A DNA stretch of 32,273 nt from Chiloscyllium plagiosum (taxonomy: Eukaryota), in contig NC_057719.1 in the NCBI RefSeq assembly GCF_004010195.1, forward strand, positions 78,631,502 to 78,663,774. Direction: 5' to 3'. Positions within the stretch are counted from its first letter, which is position 1. The number at the start of each line of letters is the position of its first letter. A model generated the notes under the pieces. It worked only from the letters and a program-made list of their open reading frames with translations. It searched no databases and was not told the DNA's origin. Made by a program: the position numbers and the translations under genes. Below, piece by piece: positions 21,912 through 32,273 of the stretch.

Positions 21912-22625
21912 GGTGAGAGGTAATCTCATTGAAACATACAAGATTCTGGAAGGGCTGACAAGTGTGGTCAGTACTTTGGACAGTTTGACCAGTTTATGTA
22001 TTTAAAAACTTTATCCAAAGCTCTTGTTGTTGAAGTAGACAAAGGGACAGAGATTGTGATTTTGGTGAACAAAATATTCCTAACTAAAAACCTGCACATC
22101 CTTGGACTGTGAGAAGAAGCTGAAGCACCCGGAGGAAACCCACGCAAGCACAGTTGACCTTGGTTTCTGCTGTTCGTGGGACCCGATAGCTGCTGCTTAG
22201 TATAGATTGGCCAATTTTCTGTCAGGCTCAGTTTCTTCAGCTGTGGGTCAAATTAGAGTGCCTAAATTTGGACCTTTGGTCACTTGACCACGTGAGCAGA
22301 CACTGGTTAGTTCCCTGGCTGGAGAATCGGGAACATGGGGAGTCAGTCTTAGGTACAAGAGGCTGTTCATTTCGGACAAAAGTGGGAGAGATTTTTTCAT
22401 TCTGGGGTTGTGAACCTTTTGACATTGTCTACCCCAGCAGCCTGTGGATGTTCCATTGTTCGGTATAGCTAAGCTGTAAGTGGACACATTGTTCTATCAG
22501 GGATCAGGGTGTGGGGAGCAGATGAGAAAGTGAAGTTGAGATGGAAGATCAACAGTGAATGAGTTGAATGGCAGAACAAACTCAAGAGGCCATATGGTCT
22601 AATCCTGCTCCTACTTCTTATATTT
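21912..22625 (+). mobile_element. CR1 3' end interrupted by a 330-bp insert (21963-22292)
   Basis: RGNLIETYKILEG at 21916-21956 resumes at about 22297 with FPGWR../GRTNSRGHMV and the tail CCTGCTCCTA. Confidence 0.75.
22090..22153 (-). mobile_element. HE1 internal fragment
   Basis: CCTGCACATCCTTGGACTGTGAG..GCACCCGGAGGAAACCCACGCA. Confidence 0.8.
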
Positions 22626-23139
22626 TTAACCTAATAGAGCACAGTATATTGCCAAGCTAGAAACCTAATAGAAGCTGACAAACAGTTCCAAATACACAGC
22701 TTAAAAACTGCTGAGTCTGTTGGCTATGAATTTAACTTTAGCCCAGTGTGAAAAATATTTCTGAGTGACAGTGGTTTGGGATCTTATTAGTAACCAGCAG
22801 CTACCAGCAGAGAATTTGGATTTTTGGGAGTTATTTGTTGTATCATTAAGAACTTTGAAGTCCATTGCAATTCTGTTTTCAAAGGCTGAAAATAATTTAT
22901 GATGGTTTACTGATGTCTGAAATTATAAAGTACAGTACTTATGTAGGCTTCTTTGAAATCTAGCAGACTCCACTCCCCTTTATTCTTCATTTGAAATGCA
23001 TTTATGTTGTCATTGTGTTGTAACAGTGAGATTAATTTTTATATTCCACCCTCTACTGATCGTCCTGTATGAATTTGGCAAGTAATTTATTTTCTCGTTG
23101 CTGTACAGGTTTGCTGCACGAAACTCATTAATATTCCAA

Positions 23140-23425
23140 TTTTTTAATGTATTCTCAGAATATAGGTGCCACCAGCAAGGCCATCATTTATTGCTTTCCT
23201 CTGATTGTCCTTCAGAAGGGGGTGGTGAGTGTTCATCAAGTGCCGCAGTCCATGTAGCAAAGACAATCCAAAGTGCTGTTAGGCTGAGAGTTTCAGCAAT
23301 TTGAGGATATGTATCAGCAATTAAAACTCTTCAGTATAGTGTGGCGTGTGACTTAGACTGAACTTCAGAAGGGAGTGGTGTTCAAATGTACTTGTTGCCC
23401 ATGTCCTTATGGATAGTGTTCAGTG
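23140..23425 (-). mobile_element. LINE family X 3' end, old copy
   Basis: Colinear with 12416-12680. Confidence 0.65.
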
Positions 23426-23445
23426 TTGAGCTGAAATTGTGTAGA

Positions 23446-25612
23446 CAGAGTCATAGTGATGTACAGCACGGAAACAGATCCTTTGGTCCAACTCGTCCAT
23501 GCTGACCAGATATTCTAAATTAACCTAGTCCCATTTTCCATCATTTGGCCTGTATCCCTCTAGACCCTTCCTATTCATATATCCATCCAGTAATTATAAT
23601 TATACCAGCCTTCACTACTTCCTCTGGCAGCTCCTTCCATACACGCACCAGCCTCTGTGTGAAAACGTTGCTCCTTAGGTCCCTTTTTTATCTTTCCCTT
23701 CTCACCTTAAACCTATACCCTCTAGTTTTGAACTCCCTCACCCCAGGGAAAGACCTTGGCTATTCGCTCTAACCATGCACCTCATGATTTTATAAAGTTT
23801 TTTAAGATCATCCCTCAGCCTCTGATGCTTCAGAGAGAATAGCCCCCACCTATTCAGCCTCTTCCTATAGTTTAAACCCTCCAACCCTGGGAACATCATT
23901 GAAAATCTTTTCTACACCACCAAGTTTCACAGTATTTTTCCTATATCAGGGAGACCGGAACTGAACACAGTTTCCTACCAATGTTCCTGTACAGCCGCAT
24001 CATGATCTCTCAATTCCTATACTCAGTGCTCTGACTAATAAAAGAAAGCATACCAAACGCTTTCTTCACTATCCTGTCTACCTGCAACTCCACTTTCAAG
24101 GAACTGTGAACCTGCACTCCAAGGATCTTTTTGTTAGACAACACTCCACAGGACCTTATCTCTAAGTGTATAAGTCCTGCCCTGAATTGTCTTTCCAAAA
24201 TGCAGCACCTCAAGTTTATCTCAATTAAACTCCATCTGCCACTCCTCAGCCCATTTGCCCATCTGACCAAGGTCCCATTGTACTCTGAGGTAACCCTCCT
24301 TCGCTGTCCACTGCACCTCTAATTTTGGTGTCAGCTGCAAACTTACTAACCATGTCTCCTATGTTCACATCCAAATCATTTATATAAATGATAAAAAGCA
24401 GTGGACCCAGCACTGATCCTTGTAGCATACTGCCTCCAGCCTGAAAAGCAACCCTCCACCACCACTACCCTCTGTCTTCTATCTTTGAATCAGTTCTGTA
24501 TCCAAATGGCTAGTTCTCCCTGTATTCTGTGTGATCTAACCTTGCTAACCAGCCTACCATAATTCAAATGCCTTACTAAAGTCCATATAGATCACCTCCA
24601 CTGCTCTGCACTCATCTTCTTCAAAAACTCAATCAAGTTAGTGAGACAAGATTTCCCACACACAAAGCTATGTTGACTATCCTTAATCAGTCCTTGCCGA
24701 TTCAAATACATGTATGTCCTGTCCCTCTGGATTCCTCCAACAGGTTTTCAGTCTGAAAAGCAAGTCTCTACCATCCTCTGTCTCATACCTTCAAGCCAAT
24801 TTTGTACCCAAGTGTCTAGTTCGCCCTGTATTCTGTGATCTAATCTTGTTAACCAGTCTACCATGCAGAACCTTGTTCAATACCTTATAGACAATGTCCA
24901 CTGCTCTGCCTTCATCAAGCTTCTTTGCCACTTCTTCAAAAAATTGAATTAAGTTAGTGAGACACAATTTCCCTTAAAACAAAGCTATGTTGACTATCAG
25001 TCCTTGCTTTTCGAAATACAAGTAAATCCTGTCTCTCAGAATCCCCTTCATCACTTACCCATCAATGACGTCAGGCTCACCAGTCTATAGTTCCAGGGCT
25101 TTTCCTTACCACGTTTCCCAAATCATGGCACCATGACAGCCAATCCCCATTCTTCTGACACATCACTCATGGCTGTCGATGATGCAAATATCTCTACTAG
25201 GAGCCCAGCAATCACTTCCCCAGCTTCCCACAAAGTTCTAGGGCAAATCCTGGACCTGGGGATTTATCCATCCTTATGCATTTTACGGTATCCAGCCTCT
25301 TCCTCTGTAATATGGACACTTTGCAAGACATCAACATTTATTTTCCCAGGCTCTGCAGCTTCCATATCTTTCTCCACACTAAACAAAATACTCACTTAGT
25401 ATTTCACCCATCTCCTGTGATTTCACATTTAGGTGGCCTTGCTGACTTTTAAGGGGCCCTATTCTCTGCCTAGTTATTCTTTTGTCCTTAATGTATTTAT
25501 AGAATCTCTGTATAGCCAAAGCTATATCAAGTCCCCTTTTTGACCTCCTGATTTCCCTCTTGAATATACTCCTAACTGCCTTTATACTGCTCGAGATCTT
25601 TGAAGGTTCAGT
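23446..25612 (-). mobile_element. CR1 LINE, about 2.2 kb of decayed ORF2 plus 3' tail
   Basis: QGSVLGPLLFIIYINDLD, SKFAADTKI, VDRIVKKAFGML and RFYKYIKDKRITRQRIGPLK. Confidence 0.92.
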
Positions 25613-25644
25613 GCCCATCTATTAGGAAGTAATTGTTAAAAAAA

Positions 25645-26370
25645 ATCATTCCTGGGATGTGGGTGTTACTGACTGGGCCAGTGTTTAGTTGATCCCTAGT
25701 TCCCCTTGAGAAGGTGATTGTGAACTGCCTTCTTGAACAGTGAAGTCTGCTTGGTGTAGATGCTCCCAAAATGCTGCTCTGGAAGAGGAAGCAAGATTTT
25801 GACCTAGCAACACTGAAAGAACGGCAGTGTGTTTCCATGTCAGGATGGCGAGTATCTTGGAGGAGAACTTTCAGGTGGTGGTGTTCCCATGTATCTGCTG
25901 TCCTTGTCCTTCTAGTTGGAAGTATCAATGATTTCAGACGGTACTGTCTAAGCACCCTTAACTCTTCCTGAATTTCTGTGGTGCATTTTGTAGAGGGTAC
26001 ACACTGCTATAGCAAACAGGAGAATGCTGTGGATGTACTGCCAGTCATGTGGGCTATTCTATTCTAGATGGTGCTGAGCATTTTGCATGTTGTTGGAGCA
26101 ACACTCATCCAGGCAAGTGGGGAGTATTCCATCAGACTCCTGACTTATGCCTTGTAGATGGTGGACAGGCTTTGGGGAGTCAGGATCTAAGTTACTCTCC
26201 ACAGTATTCCTAGCCTCTGACCTGTTCCTGTAGCCACAGTACGGCTGATCCAGCTCAGTTTCTGATAGTTGGTGACTTGCAGGATGTTGATAGTGGATAG
26301 TTCAGTGATGGCATTGTATTGAAATTAGGCGCAGTGATTCGGTTCACTCCTGTTGGAATAAGTGTGCACA
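25645..26370 (-). mobile_element. LINE family X 3' end
   Basis: Colinear with 12416-13012; 26101-26185 is nearly identical to 12868-12952. Confidence 0.85.
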
Positions 26371-26538
26371 TGATGGCCAGAAAGTGGTCACTCAGCATCA
26401 GCTAATCTGTGGACAGCCATCACTGGTTCAATCTCTTTCCCTGATGTTAGCCAACTGTCCTCTCCTGCATAAGGATAAGAACAGACCTGTGAGTTCTTGC
26501 AATGGCACGTGTTCATTCAGTGGGTGTATGTGGGAAGT

Positions 26539-26578
26539 TTCATTACCACTTCTTTCATTACCACTTCATTACCACTTT
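26539..26578. repeat. Three copies of TTCATTACCAC
   Basis: Short tandem duplication. Confidence 0.75.
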
Positions 26579-26724
26579 TGAGTGAAAATAGTGAATAAAT
26601 AGATAGGAATTTGAGAAAGCAAAAGGAAAGAGAAGAATTAATGCACTTTAACTGAATGTGAAAATGATGTGATGGAGTTGACTTGACAATGCAGATAGAG
26701 GAGTGGGGATGATGAACCCCATAG

Positions 26725-26927
26725 GCTGTTGGTGAATTCATTACCACTAGTTGGTGCCAAAACATTGAATGTATTCAAGAGGCAGTTAGATATAGCACTT
26801 GGGGCGAATGAGATCAAAGGTTATGGGGAGAAAACAGGCTATTGAGTAGGAGGATCAGCCACGAATGGTGGAGCAGGCTCAAAGGGCTGAATGGTCTTCT
26901 CCTGCTTCTACCTTCAACATTTCTATG
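26725..26927 (+). mobile_element. CR1 3' end
   Basis: LNVFKRQLDIALGANEIKGYGEK and tail AAGGGCTGAATGGTCTTCTCCTGCTTCTA. Confidence 0.85.
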
Positions 26928-27349
26928 AATGTGTCACTATATTCAACTTTTCTGAATGGTTTAAAACACTTGCTACACTCAACGTGGGATATGGATTTTG
27001 TATATTTCTGCCAGGCACAGACTGGAGAATGAGTGCCCAGCCTGCAACCTTCCCACCAAGTTCTTGAACACAGGAGGTGGGTTGCAGCTGCTGTTGGCAG
27101 TCTGTCCACCATATACAAATAAGTAGTTAAGGGGCTCTCACTGCAATATGTTTGCTATGGACAGGCAGGTTGGACGAGCAGTTTGCTTTACTGTATTCCA
27201 GAAAGATTTGAAAAGGGTGTGAAGGAGGCAGGTGAACTGCTATGTTTGAGGGGATGCTTTGCACACATCAGGCCGATCAACCCTCGCCCTCCCTAGATAA
27301 TACCGTCCAGTCCTTCCAACACTTTTTGTTTTCAAAACCCGATTTCCCT

Positions 27350-27925
27350 TGACGCCCTCCGCCCAACACCCTCATCGCTTCACTGATGTGACCAGACTTC
27401 TCCTACCCGATGTCTCAGACTTATCATGCTCCAGGAGTGCATTGGGCCTCCTCCTAGAGACTAGCTGCAGTGTTGGCAGTGCCCACCACCAGGCTCTTGG
27501 CATTGCCCAAGCTGAATGCCTGGCAGCTCCTCCCTCAGGGAAAAGGGCAGATGTGTCACCCTCCATCACTTCAGCCCAGTGACAGTGCTAAACTCCTACC
27601 TTTGAACACAGGACTCTGCACAGTGCTCATGCAGACACACATAGACACAGACACACAAACACACACACGGGCACACACACACTCCCAGGTATGTGATACT
27701 ACAACCTTCTAGACCATGTCTTCTTTTTGGTAGTAATAGGATTCTTCCACCTATTGCCAGGGAAAGACTCCTTCTCTGGTTTCTCACAGCTCCCATCAGT
27801 CCATCAAGGGAGGCGTCCTGAAAGCAGAGCACATCCTCTGGGTATCCTGGATGCATTGTCACATCATTTTCTCTCCCTTCCAACGCCAAATTCCATCTTT
27901 GCGCTGGTCTTTTAAATTCTGGACC
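27350..27925 (-). mobile_element. Harbinger-like remnant with decayed Myb/SANT-like coding segments
   Basis: CFQDASLDGLMGAVRNQRRSL (about 27760-27830) and ALFPEGG..RAWW..VSRRRPNA (about 27435-27550). Confidence 0.5.
27634..27682. repeat. Imperfect (CA)n microsatellite
   Basis: GACACACATAGACACAGACACACAAACACACACACGGGCACACACACAC. Confidence 0.8.
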
Positions 27926-28057
27926 CGGGATGTCGTGTCTCTGATTAAACACCAAATGTTGATGAATCCCATATGTCTTTTACTACTGTCTTCTCAACAT
28001 TTCCTGCCTTTCAAAACAAATTATTTATACTCCTATCCAGGGCTCTGCCTTAAATTG

Positions 28058-28407
28058 GGGAGGTATAGCCTCTTGGTATTCTCACTAGAACATTCAACCA
28101 GAGACCCTGGTGATGGTCCGGGCACTAGGGTTCAAATCCTGCCATGGCAGATGGTGGAGTCTGAATTTGATAAATAGTTAGAATTAGGAGTCTAGCGATG
28201 GCTGTAAATCCCATTGGAAAAACCCATCTGGTTCACTAATGTTCTTTAGGGAAGGAAACTGCCATCCTTACCTGGTCTGGCCTACATGTGAATCCAGACC
28301 CACAGCAATCTGGTTGATTCTTAACTGCCCTCTGCGCAATTATGGAAGGGCAATAAACCTTGCCCAACCCAGTGATGCCTACATCCCATGAAGGGTTAAA
28401 AACAAAA
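28058..28407 (+). mobile_element. tRNA-head SINE family B, full length
   Basis: B box GGTTCAAATCC at 28129-28139, conserved body, tail GGGCAATAAA..GCCTACATCCC and an A-rich end. Confidence 0.85.
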
Positions 28408-29996
28408 TTCCACCATTATGGAATCACCTCGCCTTATTCTGCTGACCCAGCCTCATCATTTCAAATTGCTTTCTGTTAAATTCCATCTGCCACATCCTTT
28501 CTCCAGTCCATCCAGTCCAAGTTCAGTTGTTGTCCTCAGTGTTCACAACATTGCTGGATTTTGTGGCACCTGCACTCATTTCTGAGCCCCAATCGGATAA
28601 AATAAGAGCTGTGATCCCAAAACTAATCTCTGGCAGACATGTGCACTTCATACTTCCCTCCTGTCGGAAAAGTAAGCTGCTTTCTGCTGTCTGGTGCTTA
28701 GCCCATTTTATATTCATGCAGCCACTGTCTCTAGTCCCATAGGCTTCATGTTGTTGACAGGTCTATTATGCAAGTGTGGAAGTGCTGTCGGGATACTGTT
28801 GAGACTCTTGACTATTAATATGCTCAAAATCTAAGAGAAATGTGGGAATCCGTTGGGTCAAATGCTCTTTTCCGGTTCCTAAATTGCCTTACTTATCTAC
28901 TCGTGATATTGGCCAATCTCAGTGAAGGTAATTTGTCATCCCCCCATTAGAGAACGAGTACAAATTTGCTTAGTTCTTCCATTGGCTATGGTGAGCGTGG
29001 AGAAAGGGTCTTGGTGAGTTTGTTTTGAGAGCAGTTTTAAATCAAATTTGTGTTTGCTCATCCTGATATAGCAAAGCATGAAGCATCACTTTTACTTGCC
29101 TTGCAACTTAGAGAGAAAATGCTGCTTTACTGTTGGTGGATAGTAAATGGTGGTAAATGAAACATAATGTATCGTGGGACGATAAGAACGGAAAGTGCAG
29201 CAACTTAATTTTACATCATTTCTGGATGAAGGGAGCGCATTGCATTTGTGAAAAAAAAACCTGCTTTAATCTATCATCTTTCTTATTGGCCTTAACCTTT
29301 GGAACAGTCTCAAAGTCCTTAGAAGCAGAAATCCCTTGAGGAGCCAATTAAGCTAATAGGCAGGAGTTAACCAATGGATTCAGCCCAACGTGGATTTCAA
29401 ACATTGCTTTTAAATCTTCAAAAGAATGTCAAAAGGCTTTGAAAGTGAGATTAGAGAAAGAAAAGGGGAAAGTGACAATGTTTGTCTCAGTATGCTGTCT
29501 GGTGGTATTCTGCAGAGTGGCAAAGACCTTACTATCAGGTCACTAGAATTAAGAATTTTGAGAAGAGCAGCACCAAAGTGAAGGCCAAGCAGTACAGTGC
29601 AAAATAGCAGCAATCTTGCAAGGAGGAAAGATGAAGGTTATCAGGATATCAAAATTGGATCTCACTCGTCAGAGCTTTTTAAAATGAATGCAAGACAGAC
29701 AAACAAAAGGATCCCATTGCTCCCAAGACTGTGGAAGAGAATGGGTTCAAGTTGGCGACTGAAGGATGAGCCTTGGTTTCAACAGACCAAAGGAAGTTGA
29801 GAAGACGCTGATCAAATCCAGCATGGTTTATTACTTTGAAGAAATGAAAACAAAACAGTCAAAAGTTGAAAAGTTAAACAATGAAGGTTGTCATTAAAGA
29901 GGTAGCCATGATGTGGACCTGTCGGTATTGGACTGGGATTGACAAAGTTAAAAATCACACAATACCAGATTATAGTCCAACAGCTTTAATTGGAAG

Positions 29997-30031
29997 CACT
30001 AGCTTTCGGAGCGCTGCTCCTTCATCAGGTA
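29997..30031 (-). ncRNA. Minimal hammerhead motif (PLE family C), intact
   Basis: UAC-CUGAUGA-A-GGAGC(AGC)GCUCC-GAAAG-CUA-GUG. Confidence 0.8.
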
Positions 30032-30427
30032 ACTAGTGGAGCAGGATCATAAGACACAGAATTTATAGCAAAAGATCAAAGTGTCATGCAACTAAAATGA
30101 TATATTGAACAAACCTAGCTTGCTGTTAAGTCTTTCATCTTTTAGAATGGGTTGCAGGTTTCGGTTCATTATTATGTAAACCCCAGAACTTCTTTTAAGT
30201 CACATTCTTGAGATAAGTTAAGATTTTATAAAACTTTTTTTAATATAAATCTTTAAGTTATCGAAAGAAAGTGACTTAAAAGTGACTTAAAAGACTGAAA
30301 CCTGCAGTCCATCCGAAAAGACGAAAGACTTAATAGCAATCTAGGTTTGCTCAGTATATCACTTTAATTGCATGACACTGTGACCTTTTGCTGTAAATTC
30401 TAAGTCATATGGTCCTGCCCCACTAGT

Positions 30428-30461
30428 TACCTGATGAAGGGCAGCGCTCTGAAAGCTAGTA
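30428..30461 (+). ncRNA. Minimal hammerhead motif (PLE family C), altered helix II
   Basis: UAC-CUGAUGA-AGGGC(AGC)GCUCU-GAAAG-CUA-GUA. Confidence 0.7.
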
Positions 30462-30749
30462 CACCCTGTACTTCCAATTAAACCTGTTGGACTATAACCT
30501 GGTGTTGAGCGATTTTTAATATTAAAGAGGTGGGTATTGTAAGCTAAAGGTGACCAAAAAAAATCACCTCATGAGCTAATAACCCTTTTCATGAGTACTG
30601 AGCCATGACGTAGGTGGTAGCAGTCTACTCCAATATGAATCACAAAATTAATTCTCTTGCCAATACAGTATCATGTCTTCAGTGTCTCCATGTTTACCTT
30701 TACTGAACCAGTATTAAAATATTAGAGGAACTTTCCATAGAGGGAAGAG

Positions 30750-30966
30750 TTATTCAGGAGTGCAATGGAGTAATCCTCACTCGCTTGGATGTGTGCAGCT
30801 CCAACACTCAAGAAGCTTGACACCATCCAGGACAAAATAGCCCTCTTGATTGGCATCTCATCCATTACTTTCAACATGCAGTCCCTCCACCACTGGATCA
30901 CATTGGCATGCCCTTCAACAAATGACCAAGGCTCCTTCGACAGCACCTTCCAACTTGCGATCTCCT
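30750..30966 (+). mobile_element. LINE family X fragment
   Basis: ORF 30789..31082 begins MCAAPTLKKLDTIQDKIALLIG..SLHHW. Confidence 0.8.
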
Positions 30967-31100
30967 GGGGAAGCAAATTCACAATGATGTGTGACAGGTA
31001 CATAGCCCACACAAAACAAACTGAAAAGGCAAAGCTCGACACTTCCGTTTCCCCCTCCCTCACCCAGTGGTTCAATCCATGACTACACAGTCTAACCTGT

Positions 31101-31315
31101 CCATAGTCCCAGAGAACTGCTGTCTCACTAGAGAGAGAGAGAGAGAGAGATTGGTGGTGAGTTTAATCTGAGGGTCACCACACCTTAGGCAAGGGGTAAC
31201 ATTGAGCAGGTAGGACCTTCATGGTGACTTCAGCCGATGCGAGAATTGACCCAATGTCGACAGCATCACTCTACATTGCAAACCAGCTGTCAACAAAGTG
31301 AGCTAATCAACCCCT
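31101..31315 (-). mobile_element. tRNA-head SINE (another family) with an internal (GA)n tract
   Basis: The minus strand starts GGGGTTGATTAGCTCA with a B-box-like GGGTCAATTC; (GA)n at about 31130-31150. Confidence 0.6.
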
Positions 31316-31450
31316 TTACTCAGAAGAAACTGACATGGAGGTACCTTATGGATGACATGGTTTGGAGGTGCTGGTGTTGGACTGGAGTGGACAAAGTTAA
31401 AAATCACACACAACACACGGTTATGGTCCAACAAATTTATTTGAAAACAC

Positions 31451-31479
31451 TAGGTTTCAGGGCGCTGCTCCTTCATCAG
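31451..31479 (-). ncRNA. Degenerate hammerhead motif (PLE family C)
   Basis: CUGAUGA-A-GGAGC(AGC)GCCCU-GAAAC-CUA, with mismatches in helices II and III. Confidence 0.55.
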
Positions 31480-31496
31480 GTGGCTGATGAAGGAAC

Positions 31497-31531
31497 CACC
31501 TGATGAAGGAGCAGTGCTCCGAAAGCTAGTG
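31497..31531 (+). ncRNA. Minimal hammerhead motif (PLE family C), intact
   Basis: CAC-CUGAUGA-A-GGAGC(AGU)GCUCC-GAAAG-CUA-GUG. Confidence 0.8.
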
Positions 31532-31640
31532 CTTCCAAATAAACCTGTTGGACTATAACCTGGTCCTGTGTGATTTTTAACCTTCCAGATGAAGGGACAC
31601 AAGTTCTTGTGAACACCCGTCAGCAAGAGAAAGAAATTCA

Positions 31641-31715
31641 CAGGTCGGCGCAACATTGAGGGCCGAAGGGCCTGTTCTGCGTTGTATTGTTCTATGTTCT
31701 ACGTTCTATGTTCTA
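31641..31715 (+). mobile_element. CR1/HER1 extreme 3' tail with (GTTCTAT)n
   Basis: GGGCCGAAGGGCCTGTTCTGCG followed by four GTTCTA(T/C)-type units. Confidence 0.8.
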
Positions 31716-31739
31716 AGGGGAAAGGAATCAGAGAAAGGA

Positions 31740-32235
31740 AACTCAAGGGTATACAAGCCCAGTCGCTTCAGTCTTTCAGTGTAAGGTAATCCCGCCATTC
31801 CAGGAATTGACCTCGTGAACCTACGCTGCACTCCCTCAATAGCCAGAATGTCTTTCCTCAAATTTGGAGACCAGAACTGCACACAGTACTCCAGGTGTGG
31901 TCTCACCTGGGCCCTGTACAGCTGCAGAAGAACTTCTTTGCTTCTATACTCAATTCCTCTTGATATGAAGACCAGCATGCTATTAGCCTTCTTCACTACC
32001 TGCTGTACCTGCATGCTTGCCTTCATTGACTGGTGTACAAGAACACCCAGATCTCTCTGTACTGCCCCTTTACCTAAATTGATTCCATTAAGGTAATAAT
32101 CTGCCTTCTTGTTCTTGCCAGCAAAGTGGATAACCATACATTTATCCAAATTAAACTGCACCTGCCATGCATCTGACCACTCACCTAACCTGTCCAGGTC
32201 ACCCTGTAATCTCCTAACATCCTCATCACATTTCA
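31740..32235 (-). mobile_element. Young CR1 ORF2 fragment (post-RT region), uninterrupted frame
   Basis: ORF 31706..32236: LQGDLDRLGEW, RDLGVLV, LYRAQVRPHLEYCVQFWSP, EGVQRRFTR. Confidence 0.93.
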
Positions 32236-32273
32236 ATAAATGTGATCACATTTCAATAAATGTGATCACATTT
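32226..32273. repeat. 20-bp self-complementary tandem repeat (2.4 copies, runs off the window)
   Basis: TCACATTTCAATAAATGTGA twice, then TCACATTT. Confidence 0.9.

Larger units (their letters stand above)
29904..30520. mobile_element. Palindromic non-coding Penelope-like element (family C) with 11-bp target-site duplication
   Basis: Inverted arms 29948-30230 and 30244-30519. ATTAAAGAGGT occurs at 29893-29903 and 30521-30531. Confidence 0.85.
31356..31580. mobile_element. Short palindromic Penelope-like element (family C)
   Basis: Inverted arms 31397-31483 and 31495-31580 with the same tail as 29904-29947. Confidence 0.85.

Noticed and set aside
28950..29012. Possible 63-nt exon ending at GTGAGT
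   Set aside because: Weak acceptor and no recognisable peptide.
29400..29890. Purine-rich stretch that may be a very old CR1 fragment
   Set aside because: Too degenerate to support with clear motifs.
31706..32236. 176-aa ORF as a host gene
   Set aside because: It is an internal CR1 ORF2 piece truncated at both ends; the start and stop come from junction sequence.
32226..32273. CRISPR-like palindromic repeats
   Set aside because: No spacers, eukaryotic context, and the unit derives from the adjacent LINE.

Overview
Repeat-dense, non-coding (intronic or intergenic) eukaryotic DNA, very likely from a cartilaginous fish (shark). The taxon is inferred from HE1-type V-SINEs and their partner CR1/HER1 LINE tails, recognised from memory rather than from a database. 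No intact host protein-coding gene can be supported, and the informative ORFs are decayed transposon fragments. The window holds CR1 LINE pieces, a second APE-type LINE family, an L2, a Tx1-like fragment, four SINE families, Harbinger Myb/SANT remnants, a TA-flanked MITE and Penelope-like elements (PLEs). Two observations stand out. (1) Seven minimal hammerhead-ribozyme motifs occur in three unrelated PLE families; four of them sit in two head-to-head palindromic non-coding elements that share an asymmetric 3' tail. (2) A tRNA-head SINE body runs directly into a LINE APE endonuclease start, while short copies of the same SINE jump to that LINE family's 3' tail. This suggests a SINE-headed, ORF1-less LINE and its internally deleted SINE derivative. 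Boundaries of old repeats are approximate.
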